Of a stretch of DNA of 64,000 bases, positions 62,451-64,000 are shown one piece after another. The notes under the pieces are model-generated. The model saw only the letters and a program-made list of their open reading frames with translations. It was not told where the DNA came from and did no database searches. The stretch is from Cirrosporium novae-zelandiae (taxonomy: Eukaryota). Numbering within the stretch: position 1 is the first letter of the stretch; the number at the start of each line of letters is the position of its first letter. Both the position numbers and the translations under genes were made by a program. Location of the stretch: NCBI GenBank assembly GCA_026023565.1, contig JAPETS010000035.1, forward strand, positions 248,001 to 312,000. Direction: 5' to 3'.

Positions 62451-64000
62451 CCGTCCTGGTAACCAGCATTACCACAAGAGCACTCTATCTTCAACATCAC
62501 CAGCAAGATAAAGCGCGAAGAATCTGCTCCATTCAAGACCTCAACTCAACAACAACAACGAGATCCCATAGCGCCCACACCTTAACCTTTTACCTTGCTT
62601 ACCTATGGCATAAGGATCCCTCTCTCAATTTGAGGCAGAAAAATCAATAACAGCAGCTATTCATCCATCCATCCATTCAATCCTCCCCATATCCTCCTTA
62701 TTTACTCGATAGCTACTATTTTTGATTCTTAACGAACAGGTTTGGATATGATATTAAATCAGGTTGACTTCACTCTCGATATACAAAAAAGGGGGTAACG
62801 AGAAAATGAAAAATGATATGTAGAGAAGAGAAAGATAGAATGAAAGAGGGAGAGGGATAGATAGAAAGATTTATAAACACCCAAGCCGGGTAAATGGAAA
62901 AGGAGACAAAAACGAAGGGGTTGAGGATAACATACACACATATACACACAAACAAGCAAAAACCAAACTAAAAAAAATCAAGACATAGTCTATATGAAGC
63001 AAGAAGCGTGCACAAGCAAAAAAAAAAATGAATACAGAATCTATTTGCTCTCAACAGCCAACAATGCTAGCCAGTCGGTCCAGGTGATGATTAAAAAACT
63101 AACTAGAACCAACTGGACACTTGCATCACGTAGATATATAAGTATAGATATAGTTTTACTTTCTTCCCTCCTTCCTTAGAAGCTCGAGAGAGACAGAAAG
63201 AAGAGACTTGTATATATAAGCTCTCAAGCCATATGAAAAAAAAAAAAGGGAAGCTAGATATAGATATATAGCCAGCAGGCAGGTAGGCCTTATCACCACC
63301 ACCACCCCTCCCTCCTCCCCATATCCTCTCAAACACCAAAAGAACAGAAGAACAAATAATCCACAGAAAAACCAAAAACCAAAAACCAAAATTATATACA
63401 AAACAAACAACACAATTCAAAACAACACCCTCAACCATCCAGCCAGCCAGTTAGCTAAAAAAAAACTCTCATATAGATAGATGGATGGATAAATAGATAC
63501 ATACATACATATATCCCTGCAGTTCGGTCGGTTTCCATGGCTCCTCCTATTCTTGCTCCCTTCCATCTTCGTTTTCGTTTTTCGTTTCTTTCGTTTCCCC
63601 CTTCTCCGCTCCGCCTTTTTCGGGGGGGGTAGGTCGGGGAAGTCAGGTCATTTATTTTATTTTCATTTGGGATTAGATTGGAGGAGAAGAATCTAGCAGA
63701 AGCGAGGACTAGGAGGGAGGCCTCAGTTTAGCTAAGGCTAAGGCTAGAATTGATGGTGGGGATATATTACTTGCTGGATAAGAATTGCAATGGTGGTGGG
63801 GATATTCAAGATATTCAAGATATTCAAGGTAGGTGAATGGATGGGTAGGAAGGAGAGTGAGTGTTGCTTTCTTATTTCTTAATGCGGTTGGTCTCCCCAT
63901 GATGATAGTGGTGGTGGTGGTTGTGGTTTCTATCAAGTTAAGGGGAGAGTGGGAGAGGGATAGAGGAAGTGGTAGTGATAGAACGAGGGCGGGAAAAATG

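Noticed and set aside
1..64000. CRISPR arrays, rRNA, autonomous transposons, TPP riboswitch
   Set aside because: No repeat-spacer array, rRNA-like segment, transposase/RT ORF or TPP aptamer core recognised by eye; a covariance-model scan would be needed to exclude small ncRNAs.

Overview
Eukaryotic DNA from a filamentous ascomycete (Pezizomycotina-like), judged from short GT-AG introns with CTRAY branch sites, intron-containing tRNAs and typical fungal gene families. About 19 protein-coding genes can be modelled: MFS sugar porter, Pmt2-type O-mannosyltransferase, Rab2-like GTPase, choline-transporter-like protein, GPI-type GH76, BTB/POZ protein, GH3 beta-glucosidase, branched-chain keto-acid dehydrogenase E2, ferroportin, U1-type zinc-finger protein, MDR enoyl-reductase-like enzyme, an orphan tandem-repeat protein, PTH11-like membrane protein, complex I ESSS subunit, MINDY deubiquitinase, an orphan, a Cys/Thr proline-racemase-family enzyme, a prolidase-like amidohydrolase, a large two-SANT Snt1-like protein and deoxyhypusine synthase. 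There are also two divergent tRNA genes (Gln-UUG, Leu-CAA). The most notable observations are: (1) a 153-codon AUG-less, protein-like in-frame extension upstream of the sugar porter, with an AUU codon in good fungal start context; (2) an intronless, convergent hydroxyproline-dehydratase/prolidase-like gene pair; (3) an unusually long intron bracketed by a perfect 17-bp inverted repeat; (4) an orphan protein built from ~35-aa repeats next to an AT-rich duplicated tract. Family calls come from motif recognition only, and splice boundaries were read by eye.
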